64,000 bases of DNA from Amoebophrya sp. A120 (taxonomy: Eukaryota; Protista; Dinoflagellata), in NCBI GenBank assembly GCA_905178155.1, contig CAJINV010000011.1, positions 1,695,216-1,759,215 of the forward strand, in the 5' to 3' direction. Positions 38,401-52,181 of the stretch are shown one piece after another. Under the pieces are notes generated by a model that was not told the DNA's origin, searched no databases, and worked only from the letters and a program-made list of their open reading frames with translations. Each line of letters opens with the position of its first letter. The first letter of the stretch is position 1. The position numbers were made by a program, and so were the translations under genes.

Positions 38401-38857
38401 ATGGTAGTACTTCTAGCGCGTGGTCGTCGACGACGCTAGGGCTAGTTCTAGTATTGCTATCCGCTGCAACAGCAGATCTTCGCACAACGAGTTCTGCTTT
38501 TGCGGTGGCTGCGTCACCAGGTCCAGACGGCGCGGTGACGTCCTCATGTTCTTCTTCTTTTTCACGATCAGCTCCGACACTTTCACTTTCCGCATGATTT
38601 TGATTGAGCTGTGAGGACCATGATGTGCTGTCACTTCTTTCTGCGGCCGGCGTAGCCTCATACGCAGCAACTTGATGGAGCGCTTCCAAGGTATCGGCAT
38701 CTTGTTCACGAAGAACCGGAAGAACCGGGCTAATCCCTCCTGCTATCGTTTGTGCCCGCGCATGGTATGCGATAGCTGCTGCAAAAGCAAGAAAGCAGGA
38801 GAGCAACGGACAGGCTGCAGTGCCGCCAAGCAGCTTGTGCACTGACGAAGTCGGCAT
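35433..38857 (-). CDS. Zinc carboxypeptidase (M14) with signal segment and C-terminal membrane anchor; 2 introners and 1 canonical intron
   Basis: THSRE (HxxE), IPFVNPDGY, GVDLNRNF, FSEPET, NLHAFG, ESDDW; GT-AG intron 36409-36573. Confidence 0.88.
37450..37612. mobile_element. Introner 16 (family B, degenerate TSD, has acquired GT-AG ends)
   Basis: Flanks GCATC/CCATG; sense strand ATG|GTATCC...CACAG|ATG. Confidence 0.8.
38017..38178. mobile_element. Introner 17
   Basis: TSD ACTCA/ACTCT; removal gives LTEWEKAYP. Confidence 0.85.
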
Positions 38858-40068
38858 TTGGTTTTGTCCGTAGTGTCTATCTATTGCTATCCAACCACCA
38901 TTCTTCTACAAGGAAAAACAAAACCGAGAAAAGTCCTTAAAACGTGTGCCTCCATGAGCATGATCCGAGACCGACCGGAAACGAAAAGTAAACGTCGGTA
39001 GACACAAAAGTAGCCAAACACTATGCACTTCATCATGCTTCGGAAATACACAACTTCATGCTCGATTGAGCCGCTGCGTAAGCCGGGCATGACTAGGACG
39101 AGGACAAGGAAGCTAGCCGGCGGGGTGAATGAATTGAAGTTTTGTTTCGGTTTCGCAGGTGTTTTTACAGGAAAAGTTATCATTTTTTGTTCAGTCGATG
39201 AGCAGCCATAACGAGCAGCAGGAGCCACCGGCCCGTCACGATGCAAAAAAAAATCATCATGATTTTGATTGTTTTTCATATTCATTGTGACTCTGCTAGT
39301 TCTATGTAAACAGACTGAGTAGAGAAACCACCATTCTACCGGAACTGGGGCTCCGGGTCCGGCTGTTGGGGTGAAACTGTGACTGCATAACGGACGCTGG
39401 CAAAAAACTAGTATTTCCATCGCAATCGAGAAAACCTAAATTTCCGTGTTGAGAATGAGGTGCCAAAACAAGTATGACGTCAAGACATCATCCGGCGTAT
39501 CTAGTAACGGTAGTAAAACCACGTCCTATCTTGGATGGTATAGTTATAATACACGACTGTATTCATCATGGCATAAAAATAGCACACAATCTATTTGTGG
39601 GTTCTGCAATCCGAAAATTGTGCTTTTGTGTACTGAGCGGCCCAACCTCCACATGCAGTCGATGAAAGTCATTGAAGAGCTACAGAAAGCTCCAGCTCGC
39701 ATGTGGTTCATCTACTTTCCGTGCCTGTAGTAAGTTGTGCAGCCTGTGGGATGTTGGCCTAAATTGAGTAGTTTGACATTCATCGCCGTGATTTATAAAA
39801 GTTCCTAGGACGACGACGACGACGTCCTTGAAGCAACATTTCAAAAAATCTAGCGGGAGTAGCAGTCAGCGCCAACTCAACCTCCTGAGTTGGTCACCTC
39901 CCGGGCTATTCTTCAATGATGCGGATCATAGTACAAAAAAAGGTCTACTTTCGGTACATTTTACTATCTTTTTTATTCGCTTCCGTTTGTTCGGCAGTAG
40001 AATTGCTCGTGTTTGCAGCTAGTAGGATCGAATTCCAACCTGATCTTCAACCGATGGATTCTCGCTAC

Positions 40069-43000
40069 TCATTGCACACGCGGCTCGTCGCCAGCAGTTG
40101 CACCGGATGAATTTTCTTGGTTTTCCACCTCCTTCTCCGTCGCACCGTTGGGGCTGGTGTTCTCTGCAGATTTATTTTCCACCACCAGTTTCGGGCTAGA
40201 TTTTTTCTTCTTTTTGCTCCCGACCGTCTCCCAAGCTCCTTCTGCACCAGCCTCGTCTGCATTTTTCTCCGCTGAAGCACCGGAAGATGCACCATTTGGG
40301 CGGGGTGAGGCGGGAGCGAGAACAGTCTCGAGTTTTGGCTTTTGCGGTGAGGACTTCGTGGTCGTCGGCGCAGTGGATGATTTATTTCCGTCGGCGGAAT
40401 TTCCAGTTGTCGCATCCGGTGTGTAGTTGTTGTGATGTGAGGAGGCTTTGCTTTTGTTTTTGTCCTTGTTTGGAGATGGAGTGAATGTTTTGCTGTCCTG
40501 CACCTGATCCTGAACCTGCTCGACCACACCCTCCTGCTCACCCGCGGGATGTTCCGGAATGGTGGCACAACCGTTGTGCTTTGGAACGACATTATTTCCG
40601 TTTGTGTTTGACTTGTTGGGCACGCTGCTCCCGGCGTTGGTGTAGTTGTGTTCCGCATTACCACCATTGTTCCACGAGGAGCCGTTCTTTATTCCCCACG
40701 ACCTGCGATTATTTTGAAAAGCGTTTATTGGGCTTGTAGACGAGAAGGAGAACTACTCTGGCAGCATGAAAAGTGCACATACCCGCGGCGGGCACAAGTA
40801 GATTTAAAGATGGTGTCAAGAAACGTCAAAACAAAATCAAAATGAAAAATACGTATGTTGGTATTGCTTCCTTCCCTGCATCTGGTTTCTCGTCTGCCAC
40901 TCGTGGGAGTAGTAACCGTTTCGAGGGTGTAGAGGTGAAAAAATTGATGTGATTTTTTCTCATGCATGGCCGCGAAGTGCAGGACCAGGGGCAGACAGAC
41001 TGCATTAAGACTTACTATGCCTCAGCCTTTCCCGCCCGCGACCATGCATGACAAAAAACTAACATCTTCGGCAGCTTCCTATGCATAACAAACTGCCCGT
41101 GTTGTACTGCGAATTGGCCACGTTTCCGTTCCACTTATTTTGTTGCCACGAGCTCTGCGACCACTTGCTCTTCGATTTGTTCGCCTTTCGCAACCATTCC
41201 GCAGACGGCATGGAGAGTTTACCTGTGTTTGTAATTTGATGCGAACGAGTGTACGTGATCGTGAACAAATAAGTACTTACTTAGCATATAGTGCGTGTTC
41301 TTTACAGTAGAGGACAAGAAACAGAAGGTGTGAGTTCTGTAATTTATCATAGATTTCTGGTGTAGGAGCCGTAGCAAAATTACTAAAACTATTGAGATCA
41401 ACAGGAAAAACACGTTCTTACGCGGTTGTCGGTGCGCATGTCCCCAGGGGTTCCAGCTTCCGCCGTTGACCTGCGCTAGCACTCTCAGCACCGGCTGCGT
41501 CTGGGGCATCAAGGGCACCGGGCTGGCCGGAAACATTTCTGATGATCACGATTTGACATCAGCACATCATGGTTTTTTTGCACGGCTTCTTGAGTAAAAG
41601 GACTACTAGTAAACTCTTTGTCTTTCTGGAATCATCGCAGTTCAACTAAACTTCTTAACTCTTCAAAAAATACCTGCTCCCCAGCTCATGGGCGCCGCGC
41701 TGGGCTGCGGTGACAGCTGCATGGGCTGCATCTGCATATTCGGGACTTGTCCTGCGGCTCCCATGGGCGGGCTTGCGTTCAGCATCATATTCGCGACGCC
41801 GCAGTTTGTTGTGTCATTCCCCGGCGGCGTGTTGAGCGGGATGAGGTCTGTATTAGATGGAATGAATTTTGCATTTTCTTTTTTATCAGGTAGAAGTCAT
41901 GCAGCTACTTCATCCTCCTGTGGCTGCGCTCATTGTTTAAACGTTCATCCAGCTCGAGTTTCGCGATTATCTATCAACAGTCTCAGTAGAAGCAGGAGTA
42001 TGTACTAAATGATACTATTTGGCGGCACTCCGTGGACAGGAAAGAAGCTCCTCAGGAAGTGTTCCGATTTGATCGCCGACTGGATTTTTTTCCCCTCGTA
42101 CTCTTGATCACGGAGAAACAACGCGATTTTCTGTGTCGCATCGTCGCTGGCGCACTTCAGATGTGCATTGCAAATATGTCTGGGTCTGAAGTCTTGCAAG
42201 ACTTGTGATGCAGATTTTCCATGACCCTTGGGGTCTAGCATGCAGGAGCCAGCAGGATGACAGGTTCTAGTTGTTCTGTGGGGTCTTTATCATGGCTATC
42301 CTGCATGAGAAACTGCCTCTCAGATTGGCAAAAGTGGGCAACTTTATTTGGTAGCCATGCAATACAGATTTTTGCACGATCCAAACTTAGCATGACAAAT
42401 TGCAGTGTTCCAGATCCAGAAATTTTTGCAATGCATATCAGAAACCAGGTGTCGCACACATCGGCTTTGATGCCGACGATTTGCGATCGCAGGGACTCGT
42501 CTAAACGGCCGAGAATCTGAGGTTATTTTCATCCATGGTGCCCATCGATCGGGACGCGTAGTCGTAGTGTAGTGAATGTGAAAAAGATAAAGAAATGCAA
42601 ACGAAACTGGTACCCGTGCTCGTGCTGCCCAAGAAATTTTCGCATTCGTGTTGCTACAAGCACGTTCAAATGCAATGTATGAGAATGAGTATGAGAAGAA
42701 GCACAAATTATGCACCATGACAAGTTTTTCATCACCAAAAAAAGAAATCGAATTCCACAATAGTACGTCGTTCTTCAAAACTTGCTCCCCGTACGGAAAT
42801 ATCCTGTGCAAAAGTATCGCACTCGTACTAATCGCATTCATGCATTACAAATCTCATTCTCAAGGTACATCCGCATTACAAATCTGATTTCTCATGCTAA
42901 GGAAATTTGTCATGCGATATGTACTAGTACGATGCCTTTGCAATGCATAGGAAATTCCCGCACGATGATCGTGTTGCGCTTCGATCGCAGCATGGGCCGG

Positions 43001-43838
43001 ACCAGTTTCTGCTCCAGATCCACGCCTAGTTTCGCACTGTGTTCCGCGGCAGCCATATGAAAGTGCACAACTCCCCCTCCCCCTCATTTGTGATGCAAAA
43101 TACCGAATCCACGACTTGTGCTGAAGCACTGTTTGCATGACAAATTTCAGAACCTGAAACAGTACTACAGTCCGTGTGTAGATTTGTCATGCAGGAGAAG
43201 GTCCATTTCTGCCGTTGCTTGTGTTGCCGTTCATGCATTACAAATGAGGGGGAGGGGGAGTTGTGCATTGTCATAAGCCAGGATGTCCTGCTCCGTGACC
43301 GGCTTCCTCATGGCGCAGATCCGGTCGTGCTTCTATGAATTGCAAAAGTAATGTATCGTAGCAGGTACTAGTAGGGAAGATTGCATATACAAATTTAAGT
43401 ACCCAGGAGCAAAAGTGGAATTTGTAATGCTGATTAAGGTATAGCAGAGCATTGGTCATGTAATCTTGCAACTAGTACGAGTACGATATTGCTTTTGATG
43501 CAGTTGATAGTTTCAGCAGATCCGCAACGGACACGTACATCTGGGGACTGATGCAGCCCCGGAGAAACTGGTCTTTCGCTGTTTGAGTTGAAACAAATTC
43601 ATAAAAAATGTAGTAAAATTCAGAAATTCAGCATGACAGGGCAAAAAAAATCCCGTAAACCATCTCTGCGGGAGAATCTTCAAATACAAGTACCTAAATT
43701 CTTCTTGCTCAACAGTTTCTCTAGCATCTCCTGCAACGTAAGTTCTGCTCTTCCCTCTTTTTCCGGTTTTTGCGTCTCCGAAGGCACCTCCACGCTGACG
43801 GCCTCGACAGCCGCGGGGTCATTTTCGCCCGCTCCCAT
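40069..43838 (-). CDS. La-related protein (LARP4-like La motif plus RRM); 4 introners plus several canonical introns; join to the last exon uncertain
   Basis: Reconstructed LEKLLSKKNLAKDQFLRGCISPQMYVSVADLLK...LVRPMLRSKRNTIIVREFP...DTWFLKCASDDATQKIALFLRDQEYEGKKIQSAIKSE. Confidence 0.75.
42162..42437. mobile_element. Introner 18 (C-related)
   Basis: TSD TCAGA; removal gives TWFLKCAS. Confidence 0.88.
42800..42949. mobile_element. Introner 19 (family B)
   Basis: TSD GGAAA; removal gives REFPYGEQ. Confidence 0.9.
43056..43275. mobile_element. Introner 20 (family D, CTCCCCCTCCCCCTC TIR)
   Basis: ~42-bp TIR; TSD AGCCA; removal gives DILAAAEH. Confidence 0.92.
43334..43509. mobile_element. Introner 21
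   Basis: TSD GCTTC/GTTTC; removal gives DLLKHDRI. Confidence 0.82.
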
Positions 43839-44707
43839 CGTGACAGAGTTGTTCGTTGTAGCCGGAAGTTGTAGACGAAAGAGCAGAAAAAGTTGTACAC
43901 GGCAGGCTCCTTCGGACGAAGAAAAGGGAACCGGAAGACGGTGGTTCAAGGACCCACTGGTGGTGCCAACTTGTTTATTCCACAGCGAAACCTAAATACC
44001 TCGTCACTACTAGTATTACGTTGGCAACCGCAACAGACGGACCTAGACACACAAGTGGTATAAGATGAAACTTGCGTCGTGAAAATAAAGAACATGCACA
44101 TCTGAAAAGAAGAAACAAGCAATGGCAACTTATATAACCAAAACGAGTTTGAGTTGTTCACTGATCGGTTTGCACTTTCACTTTGCGTTTTTTGCTTCAA
44201 AGTTGAAATGCCAGAATCTCTTTTGAACGCTCGCCAAAGAACGTCGTGTGCGAACACAAAGAATTTTTCGATTAAAGTAGAAGCACCAGAATCACTTACT
44301 CGTGAGAAGTAGCTATTTGCTTCGTACAGCGAATATTTGTAGTTTCGCGCTGGGACTCCTGCTCGGTGTTCGTACTGTTGCTTTGGCTAGGTAGCTGTGC
44401 AGTTTGTTTACGTCTTGTGCGCGTCACCGACAGACGCAAAGTGTGCTCGCGCTGCCGGCGTCCTGTGACAAACTACAACTAGAAGCAAACTACCAAGGGA
44501 AAAGAAAATTAGGCGAACGTACAGTAAAGAACTACGCCACACCCAAACTACTTACTTAAACTGTGATCCGCACTGCGACTGCATGCACTTGTGTGCATGA
44601 TCACCCCCGGTGGGGCGGGCCCGACAGAACAACACTGGCGAGGTGCTTCCAGCGCTCGACACCGGCCGTCCATCCGTCCCTTAGCCTTACCCTTAGCTGC
44701 CTTACCC

Positions 44708-47700
44708 TTACCCCGTCGCCGCAGTCAGAATGCTTCTTCTGACCGACCGCTCGATGGCCGTTTGCGACTCTTTCCGCCAGTCGATTTGGTTGAAGACTAG
44801 GAATAACGTCAGGGCACAGCCGCAAAAGAGGTCGAGAACCAGCGCCAGCCAGAGAAGGATCAGGCTGTGGTACTTCAACACCAGGAACAAACTATAACAG
44901 TGCACAACTCCCCCTCCCCCTCATTTGTCATGCAAAATGCCCAATCCTTCCTTTGCGTTTGCCTCTTGGCACTGTTTGCATGACAAGTTCTGGCAGCCCA
45001 AATAGCACTACACTCCATTGCAAATTTGTCATGCAACGCCGGCATTACTGCTGATGCTTGTGTTGCCGTTCATGCAATACAAATGAGGCAGAGGGGAAGT
45101 TGTGCACTGTCATACAAACCCAGCGGAAACCCGAACAAGTAGTGCTGCACCAAATACATCCCCGCCGCCGTGTCCGACCAACTGCAGGCCCTTAAAACGC
45201 CAACCGCCACATTCTGCACGCAGTCGGGAAGCAGGGAGAGGGTGAAGATGATTTTTAACAAAAGCTGCAGCAGTTCGTTTTTCTCCTCGGGCGTTGTGAC
45301 CAGACGGTCGTTTTGGAAGAGGAGACTACTCGTACTCGTACTCCCAGATCTTCCAGAAGATGAAGAGAACGCTGATAATACCAAAGTTCCTCCTTGTCCT
45401 TGTCCCCCCTTCACTTCTACCAAGCCCGTCACTTGTTCTCCTGCACGAGAACCACCTGTAGAAGTCGTTGCCGTGCTACTAGGCAGATGAAGTAGTTGTG
45501 GCTCCACTTCCTGGATGAGAAAATTCTCTGCCTTCGAGAGGACGTCGTCAAGACTAGTCCCGTCAGCGCTTACTATCGGAAAGTAAAAGTCCGCGATGCC
45601 CCGGGCCGCAACGTTGCCGATGATCATGACGATAACCGACGTGAAAACGCTGTACCAGACACATGTCGCTGCGTTTTTTCGTGCTTGTCGCGGCCTGCCC
45701 TCGCCTAGCGAGTTCCCAACGACCTGCGCCGCTGTGGAGGCTAAGCCTAGTGCGCCCGTGAACACTACCGTGTACACCGTCAGACCCGCGACGTGGCACG
45801 CCAAAGCGCCCGGGCCGATCAGCCCCGCGCAAATCGCCATCACCTCCCACATATGAACTGCAAAAGTATCGCACTAGCAGTAATTGCAACACAAATTCGC
45901 TCAGCATGGCAAATGGAATTTGTCATGCTGATGCGCCTTGGGAGCGAGATTTGTAAGGCATGACTGCAATTACTACGAGCACGATACTTTTGCACAGGAT
46001 ACCACAAACACCACTCCAGGACGATCTGCCAGGCGGTGGGTACGGAAATTTTCAGGAACTTCCTCAATCCGTGCAGGCTGTAGCTCCTGCCTGAATTCAA
46101 TCCAACCAGGCCACTGCGCTCTTCGACCGCATAATGGTCGTTTGAAGCAGTTCCAGTCTGGTGAAGCATCAAACCCGGATTCGTACTGCCCCCGCGCCCG
46201 GCTGCAGCGGAGAAGGGGTCGAAAACGACCTGGAAGAGTAGATGTACCGGGGGTTTGAATTTTTCGTCCTCCAGAGCAGCGGGGTAAGATGTTGAGCCAG
46301 CAGCTGTTGTTGTCCCTCTGAAACTACTCACCCTTCCGCTCGCCCGCAGGCGCTGTTTGAAGCTGCGCATTGCGGCGGCCTGCGCTTGTGCCTGCCCCGG
46401 GGGCCTTGAAGGGGAAGAATTGGAAGCGGAGGTCGGGACCACGGGAAGCGGTGTGTTGTAGTTTGGCGCCCGGCTGGGACTGCTGGACGAGGTCCTCTGC
46501 TGAACGACAAGTTGAGATTTTTCCCTTGCAGCTTCTCCCCCTCCGCCTTCATCGTAGAACATGAAGCCTTCGAACATGAACCGTTTCGTGTAATGTTTCG
46601 CTCTTTCAAACATTTCCCGTCCGGACTCTCGCGCTTCTGTGAGGAAGACCTTCGCAGAATCGGCCGAGAGCGATGCTGTTGTCCTTGCTGGAGGCGGTTC
46701 TTTATCGAGGAAGTCGTTTTTGTCATCCACGGGTACAACTGCATCTTCAAATTGCCCTTGCGCACGGTAGTTACCTTCACGGTCGCCAGGGAAATAACTA
46801 GACGACGAGGAGGACCCACCAGCCTGGATCTGTGGACCCGAAAATTCGCCTTCCGCCCGCGCGTGCTGCGGCATGACTCGAAAATTTGAATTTCCGTATA
46901 ATTCATCTGCGACAATAAAATCTCGGCGCGCTTGATCCCCTTCGACTTCGTTCATTTCATGTCGAAACACATTTACGTCTACGTCTACACGTTCGTGCCT
47001 CAGTGATAATGATGATCCTCCCCCTACATCATCATCGTCATCCTCTCCTCGTTCCTGTTGCGCCGCCGGTGCGGCTGCAAGATTCATGCCACTGAGGTCG
47101 CGAAATCGCAGATGTTGACCGACCGGGGAGCCCGGGGAGAGATGATTGAGCGGGAATTTGGTGCTGACGTTTTGTATCGTCTTATTCTCCCTCGCAAGAA
47201 GCGGCGTCGCTAGGTGACCGTTGTGTAGAAGTGGAGCAGTTCTACTTCCACCGTCGAGCTCCGCAAAGAGCAGGTCTTGGTCCAAGTTATTTCTCGTCAA
47301 ACTCAACGAGCTGGTTCGTGGCGCTTTTGCCTGCGACGGACTGCTTTGTACAGCGTAGAGGTGATGTTCCACAAAAGACGCCCGCGGCGAGGAGCTGCGG
47401 CCCCGAGCGCCGGAAAGTAAGATTTGCTGTGCGGCAGTGGGACGTCGGAGATCCTCCTCGTCGGCGAAGCTGATGATGCCCCCGCTCGCGCCGCTTTGTC
47501 GCTGGTACTGCTGGTCGAGAAGAAAACCGTCGTTCGCGTTCGCCGCTGAAGTGCGCGCAGATTTCGTTCTTGAGGAAGATCGTCTTTGGTGCGCCGGTTG
47601 GTCAGCAGCAATTCCAATGGCTCCATCGCTGTGGTAAGAAGTAGAACCACTGATGTTATTGTACGGGTCTACGTTCACACTTGCGTCCGCACGGGATTCC

Positions 47701-49864
47701 GGAAAAAAGTTGTAGTCCGCATCGCTTTGGCTTTCCCTCGCATGATGATCCCGAGGCTGATTGATGTCGTAGAGGATGTTCAAATTCTCTTCAGTTTTTC
47801 CGCCAACACCACCCAAACGCTGCGGTCCTCCCGCACCACCTCCTATCGCCCGAGCTTTGCTCAAGCTGCGGCTCCCACTGCGTTGCCGCTCCAGACTCGC
47901 CTCGCTGCAGCTCGAGGACTGCAGCCCGCTCTCGTCTTGGTGCACCCGGAAAAACTTCTCCAAAATGGTCAACCCGGGCACGACCGGAGAAGACCGCACA
48001 GAAGAATGGTGCGCACGGTCGATTTCGGAAATCTTGTCCTGGGGATCATCTTGTTCCGGGTGCAGCTCTACTGACGAAGTCGACGGCCTTCTGATTAGCA
48101 CCGAAGATCCCCGCGGACTCCTGCTTCGGCTGCGCGAAACAACCGGAAGGTGCTGCCCAAAAACGCCAATACGAGCAGCTCCCTCTGTGTCGGTCGCAGA
48201 ACCTGGCGCAGCAGCTCCGGATCCGGTCGTCGCGCCGGTCGTATCAGGTGGAACGTAGTTCCCACCAGCACCGGACATCGACACCCTTTCTTCCAGCCCG
48301 ACCTTGTTCCCGAAAAAGTTCCCACGCACATACGGGTTCCAGAACTCCCGCAGGTTCAAAGCGTAGTACTGGTAGCCGAAGAAGAGAAACGTCAACATGT
48401 TGGTGCAACTGTTCGCCAACCCTACCCCGAAGTTCTCCAGTTGGTAGTACCCCACGAACAAAAAGCACCACAGCCAGTGCAGCAAAGTCGTGCAGATCTG
48501 CATGGTCTGGATTGCGTTCGTCCGGTATGGATTGCAAAAAATGAGCATCGTTATCGTACTACACTACACTAGTTCTAGTGAAAATAGCATTACAAATGCA
48601 AATTTTGCTAGAAGCAGGTGGAAATACTAAAGTGGAATTTGTAATGCTGAATTAGCTAAGAGACCAGATCTGTCATGCTGTGATGCAAGTAGTACGACTA
48701 CGATACTTTTACCTCTGCGATGCATATCCGTCCAATGTTGACGAAGAACTTCCGCCAGGTGTCCGCGATGTACATCGGGAGCAAGCCGAGTGACGCCGCG
48801 CGACAGTAGATCGCCGCTTCCCGCGCGACGTGCTCGTCCTGTTGACAGAGCAGCATCAGGGGCTCCACCTGGTAGAAGAGAATGTAGACCGCGAAAATGG
48901 AGTAGAGAAACACGCAAATCTTATGCAGTGCAAAAGTATCGCACTCGTATAAATGCATTACAAATTTTCTCAGCATGAGAAATAAAATTTGTAATGCTAT
49001 GCATTAATGCGGATTTGCCTTAAGAAAAGGATTTGTAATGCAAGACTTGCATTTATACGAGTACGATACTTTTGCACAGGATAAATCTGTGCCTGCGCCA
49101 AATACACGTACATCTCCTTGTAGGCCTTCGCCCCGAACGCGGTGGAAACCAACGCTATGCATTGCAAAAGTATCACACCCGTAATTCTTGCAGCCATTAT
49201 GCATGACAAATCGTATTCTTAACGTAAATCCGAATTACAAATTTGATTTCCTATCGCTATCCCCATGCTGAGGAAATTTGTAATGCAATTCATACTAGAG
49301 CGATATTTTTGCAATCCAATTGATAAGCGTATCCAGTCCGCAATTCAGCCCCACCGGAAACGCGACCGCCAGGCAGTTGAAGAAGCAGTTGCCCAAACCG
49401 ACCGCCGGGAGGGCGTAGGGGTTGGATTTCGCGTAGATACTGATCGCAATCACGTTCAGGGTCTCTGGGAGAAGCAGCAGGAAAAAACTGATCACGTTGG
49501 GAGCAGAGAGGGCCTGGATCTGCAGCAAATCGCTGACAAGCCGCTCGAAGTCAAAGTCATTCCACCAGGCGGTTGTACTTGCAGCTGTGTTCTTCGACGC
49601 AGCTGAGCTCCGGGGGTTTCCGCTGGAGTTGTAGCCGGATGATCCCTTGCTGGTACTAGCATCTTTGATTTTGTAGGTACGGGCGGCAGCAGCGTTCTTC
49701 TGCGGCCTTGGAGGTTGTAAAAATGCAGGAGGAGGTTCTGGTGGGAAAGGAATTGTTTCAGGTCGTGGTGTCGCTTCGGCTTGATAGTTGTACCCTTTTA
49801 CTTCTTCCTCTGTGGTGCGTCCCTCGCCGGGAAGTAGGCCCTTTTCGGGTGCAACTGCCGACAT
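44708..49864 (-). CDS. MATE (multidrug and toxic compound extrusion) transporter with very long central loop; 5 introners
   Basis: AVGLGNCFFN, GLNCGLDTLVSTAFGAK, LEWCLWEVMA, VVGNSLGEG, GVLRAC, IDWRKE motifs after joining. Confidence 0.88.
44893..45114. mobile_element. Introner 22 (family D)
   Basis: Homologous to 43056-43275; TSD CAAAC; removal gives PLGLFLVL. Confidence 0.92.
45852..46001. mobile_element. Introner 23 (family B)
   Basis: TSD CCACA; removal gives EWCLWEVM. Confidence 0.92.
48526..48726. mobile_element. Introner 24
   Basis: TSD TCCGG/TCCGT; removal gives NIGRTNAI. Confidence 0.85.
48922..49083. mobile_element. Introner 25 (family B)
   Basis: TSD AATCT; removal gives AQICVFL. 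Confidence 0.9.
49156..49325. mobile_element. Introner 26 (degenerate family B)
   Basis: TSD AACGC/AGCGT; removal gives the conserved LDTLVSTAFG. Confidence 0.8.
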
Positions 49865-52181
49865 GATCGTAGAAATAGAATCTGAATGGTGGCCGTGGTC
49901 TTTTTCTTTAGAATAGAAAAGTAGAACTGGTGGTAATGTTCAAGAACTGAAGAACTACATTCGCAGGCGATTGCGCACAGCGAGCAACGATGATGAGCTA
50001 ATCGTAAAAATAGACTACGTATGCTACAGTACTAGCTGTAGCAGGATGCTCACATAAAAAAAAATGTCAAATCCAAGCAAGCCCGAAAGCACACCAAAAG
50101 TCTCGACGTTTTGGTTTTCGGCGGTCTGCTTCTTGTCATCAAAAGTTAGACTCACAGATGTTGAGGTTGACCCCGGACATGGAAATGGTTTGCACGAAAT
50201 TAGTCTTGAGTCCTTGCTATTGACTACACCCTCCGTGCTCCTCTTTGTCTTTCTACATTCAGCTTTCTCGATGTTCTGTACGGTGGAACAAGCGCCGGAA
50301 GCACACATTTATAATTTTCATTCGGCACACTTTGTGTTTGTTCCAGCAACGAACTCGAGCATATGTAAGTGCTACTGGCGGGATGGAGGCCATAGCTGCT
50401 AGTAGCTGAGCCTACTGTTGTGTTTGATTTTTCCAAAGCGAAGTAGAAGTTAGTGCACAGCACGACGCTATCAAAATACATCCGTTTATTTTTCATCATG
50501 TCCAGGAGCTTTATTCTCGTCAAAATCAAAGTAAGGTCACCGGAGGACCACGACGGCCTTAGTTTAGATTCCTTCATAGTTGTTTCGGAGGTGGAGCTTC
50601 ACGCCCGCGGATATTGATGAACGTCGGTGCCGCCTGCGCCGTCTGGTGAGATTCTACTTCCATGAAGCTGCTGCAGCATGGCAAGGAGAAGGAGGCAGAT
50701 TTCGGTTGTTGTAGACAACTAGAACTACAGCCTTCTCAACATCTCCAACTTGTCAGACGGTGCAACAGGAGAAAGATAGCTGCGTCGCAGGCAACCCCAA
50801 CGTCTAACCACGATTGCAAAGCGAGGCAATAAAATAGGACATAAATATAGATGAATTTGAATTTCTTCGAAATAAATCTTTGTAATAAATCAGTTTGGCA
50901 AACAGGGCTTGTGCTGTATTCTCAATAAAAAATGTGCTTGTGCAGCACACCAGGTACTAGTAAAAAATGTCGAAGTTGTAAAACCGCTACAACTAGAGCG
51001 GATAAAAGAAAGCGTCAAATTCAATATTCTCGACGTTTCAATGAACAGAAAGAGGCGGGAGTACAGGAGTAGTTATAAAGAAAAATATACCTGCACACAG
51101 GCACAAGTGTGTAAAGAAGCAAGTGAGACTTTCATGTTTTTTGTTTTTCAAAGCATAGAAATAAAGTGATACCATTGCGTTTTTTACATTTCGACAGTCA
51201 GAGTTTTTTGAGTTCAGAGACGAGCGCAAGCAGGAGTCAAGAAAAACAAAAAGAATATACGTACGTACGTAGAAATGAAATCTGTAGCAGGTCAGGAGCC
51301 GCACAGACGAGCGAGAGATTGTTGTAAAGTAAAAGTGCGCGTCCGTCCTGCTCTAAAAATTGTGTACTTAAACTTATCAAAAACAACTCGAGGAGATCAA
51401 CATATGTCCTTTTGTTAATTCGTTTTCAATACGACGACATTTTCCCGAGCGCCGTCGTTGGGTGTGAGATCTAGATCTGAAAGACCCTCCCTCTTGGAAT
51501 CCCAACGACCGCTTGTATGAAAATTGCGTCGGCCATTTATCTAGACGTAGAAGCTCCCCAGTGAGTCAGTTTCATTCAAGTTCGAGCTCCGGCGACCGCT
51601 ACAGATGACGTACACACACAGAGGAAAATCGAAGGTAAAAATAAAATTGAGCAGTCAGCTACATCTTGTATTGGCAGCTTCCACTCCTGTAGCGGGAAAT
51701 GGAAGTTTTTATTTATCGACATGATCAAATGAAGGCTCTACCAGTATCAGCCTCAAACACACTACACTATGCCTTGATAGGTTTTCATGGCACAGCGTAG
51801 TGACATCATCATCATTTGTGTTGATTAGAATCGTATACATAAACATCGAAACGGTTTTTGATTTTGTCCACATGTTCTTTCACTATCACATTCAATAATT
51901 TTTTTGTTGTTCGCTGTATTCTACTACTTGTTTTATATGTTTTTTTTTAAGTTTTTCAAGCCTGTTCTGTATTACCTGCTACTAAATGTAGTTGCTTGTC
52001 ACCATGTCAACTTTACGCACTTCAGTGTAGTCTCCTGTGTGATGTCTCCTTTCATGAAATTGCATGGATTCTACGGTACTTCTGCTTCTGCTTCTCCGGA
52101 TGTAGAAGTGAATTCATCCGTTGTCGAAGTGGTAAATAATCACAACGACTTCCAGATAAACTAGAATCTCCTGAGCCGCCA

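Noticed and set aside
49900-52150. Short ORFs between the MATE gene and the next gene
   Set aside because: No recognisable motifs or consistent exon chain; treated as intergenic/UTR, though a small gene cannot be excluded.
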